64,000 bases of DNA. It comes from Octopus vulgaris (Eukaryota). Location of the stretch: contig OX597827.1 of NCBI GenBank assembly GCA_951406725.2, forward strand, positions 60,078,001 through 60,142,000, in the 5' to 3' direction. Below the pieces are notes generated by a model. That model did not search any database. It was not told the origin of the DNA and worked only from the letters and a program-made list of their open reading frames with translations. Both the position numbers and the translations under genes were made by a program. Positions 1 to 14,966 of this stretch are shown here, piece after piece. Numbering within the stretch: position 1 is the stretch's first letter; each line of letters begins with the position of its first letter.

Positions 1-145
1 TGGCTCCAGGTTCTGGTTCCCAAACTTTCTGGCTCCAGGTTTTGGTTCCCGAACTTTTTGGCCCTAGGTTCTGGCTCCCGAACGTTTTGGCTCCCGAAAT
101 TTATGGCTCCATGTTTTGGCTCCCGAACTTTTGGGCTCCAAGTTT
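1..145. repeat. 29-bp minisatellite (TGGCTCCAGGTTYTGGYTCCCGAACTTTT), cut by the window edge
   Basis: About 5 imperfect copies read directly from the sequence. Confidence 0.8.
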
Positions 146-227
146 CATACAAAACTATTTTTCCACGGACCGAGGAATCACGCGCTTAACAAAACATTAT
201 AAAGAGCATGATATGTAATTCATATGG

Positions 228-470
228 GAACGGAACAACGGAACAACCTGCTCGTGAAATAATGTGCAAGTGGCTGAGTACTCCGCAAACACGTGTATTC
301 TTAACGTAGTTCTCAGGGAGATTCAGCGTAACGCAGGCTGTGACACGACTGGCCCTTTGAATTATAAGTACTACTCATTTTTGCCAGCTGAGCGAACTGG
401 AGCAATGTGAAGTAAAGTGCCTTGCTCAAGGACCTAGCGTGTCACTGGAAATTGAACTCACTAAGCCAAT
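228..470 (-). mobile_element. Decayed tRNA-derived SINE: CORE-like centre with the 'B' tail
   Basis: Reverse complement has CTTGAGCAAGGCACTT...CTCAGCTGGCAAAAATGAGTA (as at 49572) joined to the tail seen at 27260-27440. Confidence 0.75.
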
Positions 471-1280
471 CGCCTTCACCAATCCAATTATTGCATATAT
501 AATACATATATATTACATATATAAGACGTATATAATGCAAAAACACCCTGCAGCTTATTTTAAAATTTGTTCATACTGTGCGGCCCTATAGTGAACATTC
601 TAAGGCTTTGTACTGATCCGCGACCTAGAATACAGAACCAAAATATATATGTTCGCAAGAGCCCAAAACCTTTGTATATATAAAATGCGATTTCACATAC
701 GTGACATTGCCAAACCTCCGAAGTACACAAGTAACATCCTCAGAATTAGTTTAATTCCCCCTTCCATCTGATCACTTACTAACAATATACAGAATTCATT
801 GAAAAGTTTATGTAAGCAATAACTTAAATATATTCGGTCCGAAATTCTTACAGGTCGGTCAATCAACCACCCTATATTAATATGGTTTCATATTATTGCC
901 TAAATATCAAGGACAATGTCACTACTAAACAGACAAATATCTTTTCCATCTAAAAGAATACATATCCTATTTATTGACAAGGACTCACTCAACAACACAC
1001 TACAAGCTCATCAACGAGTACAGGCGATTAGATATGACTTTAAATCAAAGACCGAATGTTTTACAGGTCAGATTTCTGAAAATAAAAAAAATATCCGTAA
1101 ATTTTCTATAATTGTTCACAAGAAAATGGAGCAAGCAAACCGTTTTATTACATAAATTTACCGTTGTTTTATCGATATTCAATTTCAAGAGTATTGCTAT
1201 ATCATTAAATAACATAAGCAACTATAGATTCTTGACGTCGACTCTTCAGAGTTATTTATAAAATCCATTTGTGTGTGTAC

Positions 1281-1326
<46 letters not shown>

Positions 1327-1574
1327 CCTCTTATGGTATTAACTTTTTCCTAGCTACAAACTCAGTAAATTTATGACATGATGTCAATCAGGCCCCAGAG
1401 TCAAACGAATACGCCCACCCACGGTAGCAATTCAACGAGGCATTTAATATTTTGAAATGAAAGTTAATTACAGTGCGTATGTGACATATAAATTGGTAAA
1501 GTTTATTTGCTGTAATAATAACGAAGGAAAAAAGCATTAGTAGGTGGTATACAAGGACGAGGGTATGTATGTTG

Positions 1575-1634
<60 letters not shown>

Positions 1635-1834
1635 CCATGTGTGTGTGTGTCAGTGTGTATTGCAAAATTGTGTTTGCACATACCCACATACCCTCCCGCT
1701 TTGATTTCTCTTTCTCTACCGTAAACTCTTATTCTCCGCTCCCGACAAAACTTTCACGTACCATCATAACTTTATTCTGAATGATTTTTTTGATGTATTG
1801 TACCTGACTATTTTCCTCTCTCTCCCCACAACAA

Positions 1835-2084
1835 TGTTCCTTCTCGAGCCATGCCAGGCTCATAAGGGCCGGTTTCCCGGTTTCAGTGGCGTAGAAATTA
1901 CTCACCTTGACGGAACGCCGGTCCGTCACAGAATTACTCATTTTTGCCAGCTGAGTGGACTGGAGTAACGTGAAAAATGAAGTGTTTTGCTCAAGAACAC
2001 AACGCATCGCCCGGTCCAGAAATCGAAACCACAACCATACGATCATGAATTCAACATCCTACCCACTAAGCCACGCGCCTCCAC
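1835..2084 (-). mobile_element. tRNA-derived CORE-type SINE (family E)
   Basis: Minus strand has A-box TGGCTTAGTGG, B-box GGTTTCGATT and GTTCTTGAGCAAAACACTTC...CTCAGCTGGCAAAAATGAGT; homologous to 17543 and 49572. Confidence 0.85.
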
Positions 2085-2615
2085 AACAGTACTCTCTCTC
2101 TCCCAACAATACCCAAATCTATCACCCTAAGTCTATCACTGTTCGTGACTGTATGCTTTGTCACCTCTCATACCTCTAAATGACAACCAAATCAAGGAGC
2201 AATAAAATTTGGGCTAAAAATTCAATCTTAGATTGAATTTTTAGCCCAAGGCGACGAAAAATTTTTCTATATTTCTCACGGCAAATAAACTTACTTCACC
2301 AATATTTCAAATCTTATACCGACTGTTTGTAAGGACACAGAGAACATCATCAGTTGCCTTGGTTGACGGATTTTACTTTAATTTAATATTGGATTGACGA
2401 CAAATTGTTTTACTGTCGGATTTGGAATAGAATCCTTAATACGGAAACTGTGGTTAATATTTGTATTGGAGAACTAACCCTTGTTGAAATTTAGGCGGTT
2501 TGGTATTATGTACTCGCGTGTGTATCCATATGTGTATGTATGAGTCTGTGTGCCTGTGTGCGTGATACAGTGGATGTGCGTGTGTATGTGTGTGTGTGTG
2601 TGTGTGTGTAACATG

Positions 2616-2666
<51 letters not shown>

Positions 2667-2916
2667 GTGTATAACATGTGTATACACACATACACTCACA
2701 CATATATGTATACATATATGTAATTATATATATATATATATAGTTGTATGCCTACATTTATATATTCATGTGTGTGTGTTTGTGCGTGCGTGTTTGTGTT
2801 TATTTGTATGTTTGTGTACGTGTATATGTTTATCTATGTATATATGTATGTCATGTCAATACTAGCACGTTTAATTTCCTATATATATATATATATATCG
2901 TTTATGCAATTTAACA

Positions 2917-2949
<33 letters not shown>

Positions 2950-3330
2950 AATGCGGCAATTGTGTTTAAGTGATCATAAGCCAGTAAACACAACACGTCC
3001 CCATTGCGATCGTCTCCGCCCGTTTATATCAACACATGACCGCTGTGTTTATATTGTCAACGGCTCACACCACAACTATCACCACCAACAACACCATCAC
3101 CAACACCACCACCAACACCACCACCAACACCACTACTACCACCACCATCACAACCAACAACAACACTTACACTGTACGTTTATTTTACGGTCAACTTCTC
3201 TGGCTAATCTATGTGTGACAGTTATTTCAGGCACGATACTATATTATAAGAGAAAACACACCTAGTACTCAATATTTGCCGGTTTTGTTTTTCTTCGTCC
3301 TCTTGTTATCTCTTGTTCTCTCTCTCTCTT

Positions 3331-3367
<37 letters not shown>

Positions 3368-3656
3368 CTGTCCATTCCTACATTACCCACACCCTCGCTC
3401 ACCCCTTCGTTTCTTTCACTCACTATCACTGCCGTCGCTTCGCTTCGCTTCCTTCCTTTTTTCTTTTATTAGCGGTATCTTCTATTCCATGGTTCAGTTC
3501 ACATCTATGATTATTATGAAATATACGACACGAGCACGCTCTATTTATTTACACACACACACAGACACACACACGTACGCACGTACACATGCATGCATAC
3601 ATTATACGCACATACACATTCGCATGCATACATACACACACTCACAAGCAAATGTG

Positions 3657-3695
<39 letters not shown>

Positions 3696-3776
3696 GTATA
3701 TATATACATATATATATATATATATTATATATATGTATATATATATATATATATACATATATATTATGTATGTATA

Positions 3777-3886
<110 letters not shown>

Positions 3887-4080
3887 GCAAATATATGTGT
3901 ATGAGTCTCTGTGTGTGTGTTTGTATATTTATCAAAAGTACAGTCTGAAAACAGAAATCAAAATATACACGATCGATATATCGATATGTATAAATGGACA
4001 AGAGCGCACAATATTAAAAACAGTGCTACAGCTAACGCTTAACATCCAACTACCATGCGATATAAATATATATTTATATG

Positions 4081-4690
4081 GGGAATTCTCTATCGGTGAT
4101 TTCGGGCAATTATAGTCCCTGCTAGTATATATGTATAAAATTGTGTTTTGATTACAGCATTAGAGTTTTTTTAGCTCTTATTTCTAGCAGTGTAGGTGTT
4201 TCTAGCACCCTAGTCATATTCAGTGACAATTATAGTTTTCCTTTTTGGTAAAACATTGCACACTGCTGTCTATATCAATTTTTTGTAGACACATTAGTGA
4301 TTCGCCAAATCATCCACAGATTTTTATGGTGGAAACATTTTTACTGACAATTAATTTCGGAATCTACCGAAGTCGAGCCAATCCTTACAAATGAGGCAAC
4401 GGAAATTGCCGAAAATGACTGACTGGCATAAGGAATTCTCGATCGGTGTATTCGGGCAATTATAATCCTTATCAGTATATATGTATGCAATTTTCTATCT
4501 TCTCTCCCTGTTCATTACCGTGTCCCTTTCCGTCGAAGAGCGTAGGCTCGAAACATAAAAGACTTTCTCACTTCCTGAGCGTTAAACTAATATATCTGTT
4601 TGTTGTTTACGCATCCGTCTTTGTCTTTTGATTTTTTTGTAAATTCTCCCTATGCAATTTTGTACTTTGACTAGAGCATTTTAGCTCTTA
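4081..4690 (+). mobile_element. About 350-bp unit with a direct terminal repeat and a decayed hammerhead (PLE pLTR/retrozyme-like)
   Basis: 4081-4180 recurs at 4431-4690, where it is interrupted. 4383-4433 reads cctta-CAAATGA-ggcaa..ttgcc-GAAA..taagg. Confidence 0.55.
4495..4650 (+). mobile_element. 156-bp hammerhead-bearing insertion with an 11-bp TSD
   Basis: TATGCAATTTT at 4484-4494 and 4651-4661; internal CCGTCGA-A-GAGC-GTAG-GCTC-GAAACATA; homologous to 36900-37095 and 50480-50640. Confidence 0.75.
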
Positions 4691-4728
4691 TAAATATGTG
4701 TGTGCGTGTGGTGTGTGTGCGTGTGTGT

Positions 4729-4789
<61 letters not shown>

Positions 4790-4797
4790 TGTGTATG

Positions 4798-4960
4798 TCA
4801 TTATTCAGTTTCATTTCAAGGTTTCTTACCAATGCAGGAAGAACCGGTTTCTAACCTAGATCCAAAGCTCTTTCATTGGAATCTCATCATCAACAGGGCA
4901 TTTTTGCATGTATTTGTGAATATCTGCAATTTTAGGAGTCACTCGAAATCAGATATAGAA
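4798..4960 (-). mobile_element. 3' UTR fragment of a Dong/R4-like LINE
   Basis: Reverse complement matches 37560-37671 (GGATCTAGGTTAGAAACC...ACTGAATAATGA) and is followed by CATAC. Confidence 0.7.
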
Positions 4961-4975
4961 AGAATTATCTATCTA

Positions 4976-5043
<68 letters not shown>

Positions 5044-5044
<1 letters not shown>

Positions 5045-6125
5045 CTAACATTATATCAGACCTTAAATCTAGATTTAAGCTATATCTATGAACAAATACA
5101 GTCGATGTGATTTATAGGTTTCGGAATGTTCAAAGCAAAAGTAAATGTAAATTTATCGATGTAGATATAGATAGCAATTATTCTGATATTACTCTTATCC
5201 TACAAAATAAATCTCTGATATTCGCTCAAATCTATCTAGAACGGAGGTTGAGATTATTCTTACTGCTAGGCGGACAGTGAATGATCTCGATGGTAAGAAT
5301 TGAACTAAGAAGAACAAAATTAATAATTTCGGTATGACAACGGGGTCCAATGATTCGGCACAGATAACTGATTTGGTTGGTATTTACAATGTATAACTCA
5401 AAACAGGATTTCCCATAAATATGGATGGTCTATATAGAATTTCCTATACAATATGAATGGTTTATATAGGGATGACGCACGTCTTTTTGCCAGTTATAGT
5501 AATGTGGGTATAGAAACAACAAGAAAGCGCTTGCAAACAAAATTTTAAACATTGGTCTATTACAACTAAAAGTAGTCATGAGATAACAAATTTCCTAGAT
5601 GTAACGCTTTAATAAGATACTGGAAATTTTTTCATCCGTATTATAAACCGGGTGAAACCCTGCGTTACGTTAACAAAGCTACGAATCATCCTAAGACCGT
5701 AATTAATTCAATTATTAAACACTTTTCTAATAGAATTTCTAAGAAAATTTCAATAAATATGCGGATTTTTATAACGATGAGTTTAGCAGGGTAGGATTCA
5801 GCAAGAAAATTGAATGTGTTACGAAACAGAACACATCATCTGTAAAAACCTACAGTCTAGGTGATATGAATATATCCACTCAGCATCATCATAAGAAATA
5901 TTACAATAACGCTAAGAACAAATTCAGGAGAAATATTATTTCTGAAACTAATTCCTCCGATTAGACTATAAAATTCAGCACACATAATACAAAGAATAAA
6001 AATGTGAAGGATCGCGCAACTAACCTTCAAAGACCTATTTCTAAAAATAATATTCTACGTATGAATTCCTGTCTGACGATGGTAACTAAACCAGAACTTC
6101 AAGATCACAGTCAAACTTTTCTTTC
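5044..6125 (+). pseudogene. Decayed Penelope-like element reverse transcriptase
   Basis: Hand translation gives FGMTTGSNDSAQITDLVGIY (5328), GLYRDD (5459), FLDVTL (5592) and PYYKPGETLRYVNKATNHPKTVI, which are PLE RT/thumb motifs; stops and frameshifts are present. Confidence 0.8.
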
Positions 6126-6451
6126 TAATATATACACTGATAGAAACATAGACAGAGAGAGAGAGAGAGAGAGAAGCACATGTATATATGCATACTATAC
6201 GTATATGTATATTATATATATACATATAAATATATATATATATGTATATGTATACATACATATATGTGCGCGCACGCGTATGTGTGTAATTGCATATATA
6301 TTTGAATATATATATATATACATGTATACATTTATGTATATATTTATAAATGTATACAGAGATAGATAGATGGATATACACACATGTATATGTGCATATG
6401 TATACATATATGCATGCATGTTATATATATATACACATATATATATATATA

Positions 6452-6533
<82 letters not shown>

Positions 6534-6816
6534 TATATAACATGAAACAAAATATCATCTGCCAACAAATGCGAAGAAACCAGACTGCGTTTAACCTCCC
6601 CACCCCTACCCTACCCTACCCCCACTCCCACCTTACCCCTAACTTCTTCCGTAATACATCGACTATATTTATCGATGTACTTGATTACATTACCAAGTGT
6701 ACTTTAAAACATCATCTACATGAACCACCACAACAACGTCCAAAACAAAACCACAAAAAAAACACAACAAAGTCTGGGTCGAAATGAGCATGAGGAGGTT
6801 CTAATCGTTTGTTTGA

Positions 6817-7678
<862 letters not shown>

Positions 7679-8129
7679 AGAAAAATACAATAGCTTATAC
7701 CGTTCTTATAACATAAGTAAAAACTTTCTACATAGTTCAGCATTTGATTAAAAGACATTGTTGCTTGTTAAGGACACAATAAATACAATATATTTAACCA
7801 TATTAATGTAAACAAATGACGAAATATGTAATACCTATATTTAACCAAACAAATATATAATATATGATAAATGTATATGTTTATATGTAATGTATAACAT
7901 ATACTATACAATAACGATCTGGTGTGTATATATATATATAATATAATATAATATATATTATATATATGTATATATATTTATATACATATATACATACATA
8001 CATGCATACATATAAGGATTTAGCGTTATTAATTGTTATTCAAAGAATATTGAATGAAGTAAATGGGTGATGAAAAGACCAAAATGTATGTGTATGTGTG
8101 TGTAGTTCATAAGTATGTATAGGGGTGCA

Positions 8130-8187
<58 letters not shown>

Positions 8188-8790
8188 TATGTGTACGTAT
8201 GTATATAAATATATGTACATATGTACGTATATTGTATTCATATATATATATATATATATACACTCACGTTTATACGTACATATGCACGCGCGCACACAGA
8301 CACTCACGCACATGCACATACATACATACATACATACATACATACATACATACATACATACATACATACATACACACACATATAGACGCTCTCCTATACA
8401 TATATATATATGCTACTCCTTTTGTGGTTTATTCTGGAGACATATGTTCGCCAGATCTCCCGCTGTCCTTTATTGCTTATTTATTTTGTTATTTCGTTAC
8501 CTGATGCTGGGTTTTTGTTTACTCATAGGTCTTCCCCCGATCGAGCAGGCCGCTGATCAAAGGCATGCCGGCCATCATCACCCTGATGTTGTCTCAGCAA
8601 ACGTAATGTATTTACGACTACATTATCAAATATCTCTTTTTAGCTTTTGAGTCGTTACGGTGTGATTTAAGGAAGATTGATTTGAATGCTGATCGTATAA
8701 CAACGTAAAGATTCTCCCGTTGATTTTTCTATTTCTGTCGTGACCCCCCGAGTCGTGCAATCCTTGTGATAAATCCACATCTAAAGTATT

Positions 8791-8948
8791 TAGGCACTAT
8801 TTTAGTTGGTAAAGTACTCAGACCAGTGGTGAAATGTAGGCCCTATGTTAGTTGGTAGCATGTCCAGACCAGTTGTGAAATATAGGCTCTATTCTAGCTT
8901 GTAAAATGTCCAAACCAGATGTGAGATGTAAGCCCTATTTTAGTTGGC
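8791..8948. repeat. 46-bp minisatellite, about 3.5 copies
   Basis: Units start at about 8791, 8837, 8883 and 8929 (TAGGCCCTATKTTAGTTGGTA...CAGACCAGTTGTGAAAT). Confidence 0.85.
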
Positions 8949-8974
8949 ACAATTTTAGTTGCCGATTTTTCAAA

Positions 8975-9506
8975 GAAAGAAAAAGGTCAATAAATACTTG
9001 CCATTACATTTCTAATCAACCAAATATGAAACATTTTGTTGCACAATGCGTCTCCATCTTTCCTTTAACTTGAAAATACCCTCTTCCCAGAATTGTGGTG
9101 GATTCATGGCAAAGAATTCATCAAGGTATCTTTTTACGTCATCCAAGGAATTGAAATTTTTACCATTAAGACTATTCTGCAGAGACCTGAATAAGTGGAA
9201 ATCTGAAGGAACAATATCTGGTGAATATGGAGGGTGGGGTAACACATCCCAGCCGAGATTCAGCAATTTTTGTCTGGTTCCCAAAGCATCAAGTGCCGAA
9301 AATGAACTTTCTTATCTTCCATTTTAAAGGGTTACAGAATTAACCCATATTATAGGAACATAAATCTTCTTCTACGAAAAGATAGCTTAAACTGTGCTTT
9401 AAATGGAGGTGTAGTCAAATCCTATTTTATGGATTCAACCATGTTCTAAAATAAGTCGAAAGGCAAGCTACTATAAATCGGCATGAACTTTCCGGACAAC
9501 CCAATA
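8975..9506 (-). mobile_element. Internally deleted mariner transposon
   Basis: 5' TIR TA|TTGGGTTGTCCGGAAAGTTCA near 9504. ATG at 9322 (MEDKKVHFRHLMLW) is fused out of frame to the C-terminal LGWDVLPHPPYSPDIVPSDFHLF...ERW. No 3' TIR seen. Confidence 0.9.
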
Positions 9507-9904
9507 TATCTTTACTCAAATACCAAATACATCAAGACCCAAATATATCTACACGACGAATTAACCGGGTCGTTCGACCATTGGATAATATGCCTCGCGG
9601 TATTTGTTCGTATTCTGCATTGTGAGTTCAGATTCCACGGAGATCAAAGATGCCATTCACTCTTTCGGAGACGATAATAAAAGTACAAATCTAAAGTGGC
9701 TCCTGATACTTTGCGGTATCTCTTCTGGCTCTTGGCGTTTGGCGGCAATATCTGTGATGACTTAGGGTGACAGACTAAAAGATATCGGGAAAAGTGGACG
9801 GTTTTTTCTTGGATAAACATTAGTGGCGTGGGGAGAAAAGACTTGCTTATACGGGCGACTGCAAGTTTTCTCAAAGTGTCTTGCCCAAGTCTCTTTCATG
9901 TTTT

Positions 9905-10325
9905 ATTATTTACGCGCTCCAGTCATTGGATGGCGACCATGCTGGGACACCGCATTGAAGAGCTTAGTCAAAACAAATCGACCCCAGTACTTATTACCAT
10001 TATTATTTTTTTTTTTTTTATGCTCAGTCTCGTACTTATTCTATCGGCCGCTTTTGCCGATCCGAGAAGTTAACAGGGATATAAACAAGCCAACACCGGG
10101 TTACAAACGGTAGAGACGCAATTACAAATACCTACATACACACACATGTGTGTATGTAGGTGTGTGTTGGAAGTGTTTGTGTGTGTGTGTGTGTGTACGA
10201 CAAACTTCTACACAGTTTCCGTCTACCAAATCCAGTCACGAGACTAAGGGCAGTCTGGGGATATAGTAGGAGACACTTATCCAAGTTGTCGCATAGTGGA
10301 ACTGAACCCGGAACCAGTTGGTTGT
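9905..10325 (-). mobile_element. Decayed SINE family A
   Basis: GTACTTATTCTATCGG, CAGTTTCCGTCTACCAAATCC and GGAACTGAACCCGGAACC blocks in family order. Confidence 0.8.
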
Positions 10326-10339
10326 TAAATTGCTTTCAT

Positions 10340-11695
10340 CAGTGCCTCCACCAACAAGAACAACGCCACTACAGCCATTTCACCACCACCATCGGACCAC
10401 ATACCTCTACGAAAATATCAATAACCACATGGCTAAACTATTATCACCAACACCATCACCACCACAAACACTACTACCACCACCACCACCACTACTGTCT
10501 CCTCTACAACCACCATCTTCACCACCACCGCTACCATCTCCACCACTACTGCTACTACCACTACCACCACCATCACCGCCACCATCATCTCCACGACCAC
10601 CACCACCACCGTCACCATCAATGCTACCACCAACACTACCACCACCGCCACCATCTTCACCACCACTGCTACTACCACTACCACCACCACCACTGTCACC
10701 ATCTCCACCACCAATGCTACCACCATCACCACCACCACCCGGCACCATCCCCACCATCACCACCATCATCTCCACCACCACCACCATCACCACCACCACT
10801 ACCGACACCACCACTATCACAGACTACCACTGCCACTTTTATTACTAATGATCATCATCACCAGCACCACTATCACAACAACAGCAACAACGCCCTCTAC
10901 ATCCGGGGACGTCCCTAAGACTCCCTCATTATTTAATGAACTCTATGTGACATGCTTCCATTAACGATGGAAACAATAAAAATACATGGCCTCTGGATAC
11001 TTTGGCTTGACATGTGATAATGCTGGTGGCGGCATCGGCGGCGGTGGCAGTGGTGGTGGTGGGGGGGGGGGGGGGGTTCGATGGTGGTAGTGTTCTTGTT
11101 GGTGGTGATGATCATGGCGGTAACGATTGCAGTGATAGTGGTGAAGATGATGACGATGATTGCGATGATGATGGTGACCGTAGCTTTTGTGGTGGTGGTG
11201 GTGGTGGTGGTGGTGGTGGTATTGGTGGTTGTGGTATTGGTGGTTGGTGGTTATGGTGGTGGTGGTGGTGGTGACAGTGATGGTTGTGATTGTTGTGGTG
11301 GTAGTGATAGTGATGGTTGTGGTAGTGATGGTGGCTGTGGTTGTGGGGGTGGTGGTGATGGTTGTGGTGGTGGCTATGGTGATTTATTGTGATGATGGTT
11401 GCCCTTGTCCTTACAATGGCGGTGGTGGTATTGAGTGTGATGATGACAGTGGAGGCGGCGGCGGCTGTCGAAATGGTGGTTGTGGTGGTGAGGTGGTGGT
11501 GTGACATTGTCCGTGTGTTCGTACGGCTGATGGTGGCGGCGTGGTCATTATGACACTGCTTTTGTTCTTGATAATGTCGCTACAGGTGGATGGCGGAATA
11601 TGTAGGTACAAATGGTAGTTGGAGTGTTGGTGGTAGTGATGGAGGTAGTGATGGTGGTGATGGTGGCGGTGGCGGTGGTGGTGGCAGTAGCAGTA
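10340..11695. repeat. Degenerate (CAC)n block followed by a degenerate (GGT)n block
   Basis: Read directly; source of the poly-H/P/V/G pseudo-ORFs. Confidence 0.9.
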
Positions 11696-11876
11696 AAAAA
11701 TGGCGTTTACGGTTGTGATGGCATGGAGATAAGTGTGTGAGAGTATGTGCGCATGCGTAATGTTAGGTGACCTTTGGGGGTCCGTAAAAATCTCCTGTTA
11801 AAATTTATATGCAATAAACTAGTTATACTTCTGCAAAACACAAAATATTTCGAAGATTTTTTTTACACAGATCGTA

Positions 11877-12032
11877 TGAGTGGCTGTGTGGTAAGTAGCT
11901 TGCTTACCAACCACATGGTTCCGGGTTCATTCCCACTGCGTGGCACCTTGGACAAGTGTCTTCTATTATAGCCTCGGGCCAACCAAAGCCTTGTGAGTGG
12001 ATTTGGTAGACGGAAACTGAAAGAAGCCCGTC

Positions 12033-12107
<75 letters not shown>

Positions 12108-12500
12108 TGAAAAATAGGATAAAATCTTTATAAGAATTTATCAAGTAGTTAGCGTGAAAAACCTCATAAGGGAAAAATCCATGCATTCCCTCGTATTCGG
12201 TACAATGTGTTTATTTATTTTGGTAGTTTTGACTTTAAGAGTCCCTCCTAGCGTGTGGCATTTATGTATAGTAATGCTCTTAATATAAATGTAAATGCAT
12301 ATATATATATATATATATGTGTGTTTCTGTGTTTGTGTGTTTGCTGGTGTGTTTACGTCCCGATAACTTAGCGGTTCGGCAAAAGACACCGATAGAATAA
12401 GTACTAAGCTTACAAAGAATAAGTCCTAGGTCCGATTTGCTCGACTAAAGGTGGTGCTCCAGCATGACCACAGTCAAATGACTGAAACAAGTAAAAGAGA
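11877..12500 (+). mobile_element. SINE family A with an internal TA/GT microsatellite, interrupted at about 12100-12300
   Basis: Head GAGTGGCTGTGTGGTAAGTAGCTTGC...GGGTTCATTCCC; tail CAGTCAAATGACTGAAACAAGTAAAAGAG. Confidence 0.9.
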
Positions 12501-12924
12501 GTAAAGAGAGAGAGATCCTAATAATATTATAATTAATCATAAAAATATAATAGGATTTTTTAAAAATCGAATTGCTATCAAAGTCCATCTCAGTAAATAA
12601 GACAGATATCAAAAGACAAAAAAAAAAAAAAGATACATAAAAACAGGTTTGAAAATCACTGATTTAAAAGAACAGATATGAATGTACATATCAGACATGA
12701 AGCGGGCCGCATGAGATATGGCTCAACGCGATGAGGTGGGCCGCACCACTAAATAACTTCAAGGTAAAGTTTTTGTTAGGTGTGCCATTTAGAAAATTCT
12801 TCTGGTTACAGTTTGCCCATGGTTGGTGTGTGTGTGTGTTTGTGTGTGCGCGCGTGCGTACGTGCGTGTGCGTACGTGCGTGTGCGCGTGTGTGTGTGCG
12901 TCCGTGTGTGTGCGTGTGTTTGTG

Positions 12925-13258
12925 TCTTTTACTCTTACTCTTTTACTTGTTTCAGTCATTTGACTGTGACCATGCTGGAGCACCGCCTTTAGTCGAGCAC
13001 ATCGACCGCAGGACTTATTCTTTGTAAGCCTAGTACTTATTCTATCGGTCCTTTTTGCCGAACCGCTAAGTTACGGCGTCATAAACACACCAGCATCGGT
13101 TGTCAATCGATATTGGGGGGATAAACACAGACACACAAACATACATATTTATATATACATACAACGAGCTTCTTTCAGTTTCCGTCTACCAAATCCACTC
13201 TCAAGGCTTTGGTTGGCCCGAGGCTATAGTAGAAGTGGGACTGAACCTGGAACCATGT
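12925..13258 (-). mobile_element. SINE family A with a partly deleted head
   Basis: Reverse complement of the family A consensus. Confidence 0.9.
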
Positions 13259-13432
13259 ACTAGATGTAGACCCCATATGGTCTGACTAATAAGAAAAGAT
13301 TGTTCTCAAGAAAATTCAGCAAACGCCATTTGTCTTGCTCGCTTACGTTCTGGCGTTTGCTGAATTTTCTTGAGTAGACCATATGGGGTCTACATCTAGC
13401 ATATTGGATGTTCCCTCTTATATATATGTTAT

Positions 13433-13481
<49 letters not shown>

Positions 13482-13491
<10 letters not shown>

Positions 13492-13937
13492 TAAATAAAT
13501 AAATGGAGTAGAACGAAGATGTTAACAAAATTCCTTTACTTTCGACATATGTTTCGAAGACAACATGGTTTTATTCCAAAGGAATAAACGGTGTAAGATG
13601 CAATCTTCTCATCGTAATTATTATTTTGTCTTGTTGTTGAGAGAGGCTCCCTTTCTTTCCTGGTGTAAGATTGCATCTTACACCGTTTATTCCTTTGGAA
13701 TAAAACCATGTTGTCTTCGAAACATATGTCGAAAGTAAAGGAATTTTGTTAACATCTTCGTTCAACTCCATTTATTTATTTATTCATATATAACACACAC
13801 ATTTCAGCACATGAACCCGGAGTTTCTATCTTTGGATAGGTCGCTTCAACCGTGTTTCTGACGTAAATTTGCTACCCTGGTATCGGTTCATCGAATTTTC
13901 CATGTTGACGGTAAACATAGGATAATTCATTCACCTG

Positions 13938-13940
<3 letters not shown>
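13482..13940. mobile_element. PLE-type repeat with inverted arms of about 125 bp, each carrying a damaged hammerhead
   Basis: 13482-13607 is the reverse complement of 13667-13792; both arms have TCTTC-GAAA-CATATG-TC-GAAAG; homologous to 24061-24345 and 26250-26360. Confidence 0.8.
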
Positions 13941-13968
<28 letters not shown>

Positions 13969-14556
13969 TCGTTTGCAACCTTTATGAGGTCCCACTTTTA
14001 AGCCTACACAGTTGATCATATCAACCAAAGCTATTTTGTATATGTGTGTATATCCGTGTGTATCTCTGTCAATTCGCGTGGCCGTATGGTTAGGGTGTTA
14101 GACTCACGACCAAGATCGTAGGTTCGACCCCAGAACCGAGCGTCGCGTTGTATTCTTGAGTAAGGTGCTTCTTTTAACGTTAACGCAGTACAAGACACTA
14201 GTCTCAAAGTGCAGTGTACAGAGGCTGTAGTGGAACTCAAAGGCTGCAAAGCAACCTTCTTCGCCACATAGCTAAGCCACTCCTATTACGATGTAAGAAT
14301 TACTTTATGTACTTAAAATGTACACAACGATTTAAAATAACACGGAATTAATACTTACACCCACACACACACGCACGCACATACACACACACACGCATGG
14401 ACACACACACAAACACAAGCACACACACACAAACACACACACCAAGTATGTGGTTAAGTCTGCACTAATCACAAATGTATACTCGTATAGATAAGAAATC
14501 GAGGTCAGCCGCCAAACGGGAAGTGGAGACATAGGTCAAGTTATTTTAACATGTAC

Positions 14557-14950
14557 AGGCGTGGCTGTAGTAAAATGTTTGCTTCCCAACCACATGGTTT
14601 GAGGTTCAGTCTCACTGCGTGGCATGTTGAGCAAGTGTGTTATGCCATAATCTCGGGCCGACCAAAGCCTTGTGAGTGGATTTAGTAGACGGAAATTGAA
14701 AGAAACCAGTCGTATATATAAAAATAAATATGTGTGTGTGTATGTAACTATGTGTGTCTTTATGTCTATATACCCATCACCACTTGATAACCGGTGTTGG
14801 TATTTTAACATCCCCCCATAACTTAGCGGTTCGACAAAAGGGATCCATAGAATAGTACTTGGTTTAAAAAATAAGTCTCTGGGTCCGTTTGTTCGACTAA
14901 AACCCTTCAAGGCAGTGTTCCAGTCAAATGACTGAAACAAGTAAAAGAGT
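14557..14950 (+). mobile_element. SINE family A
   Basis: Full head-to-tail homology with 11877-12500. Confidence 0.9.
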
Positions 14951-14966
14951 TAAAGAATATATGTAT

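Noticed and set aside
8791-8948. CRISPR-like periodic array (also 27012-27260)
   Set aside because: Whole units are homologous with no unique spacers, the context is eukaryotic, and there are no cas genes.
10160-11507. His-, Pro- and Gly-rich ORFs resembling structural proteins
   Set aside because: Degenerate (CAC)n/(GGT)n open in most frames on both strands, with no splice or codon evidence.
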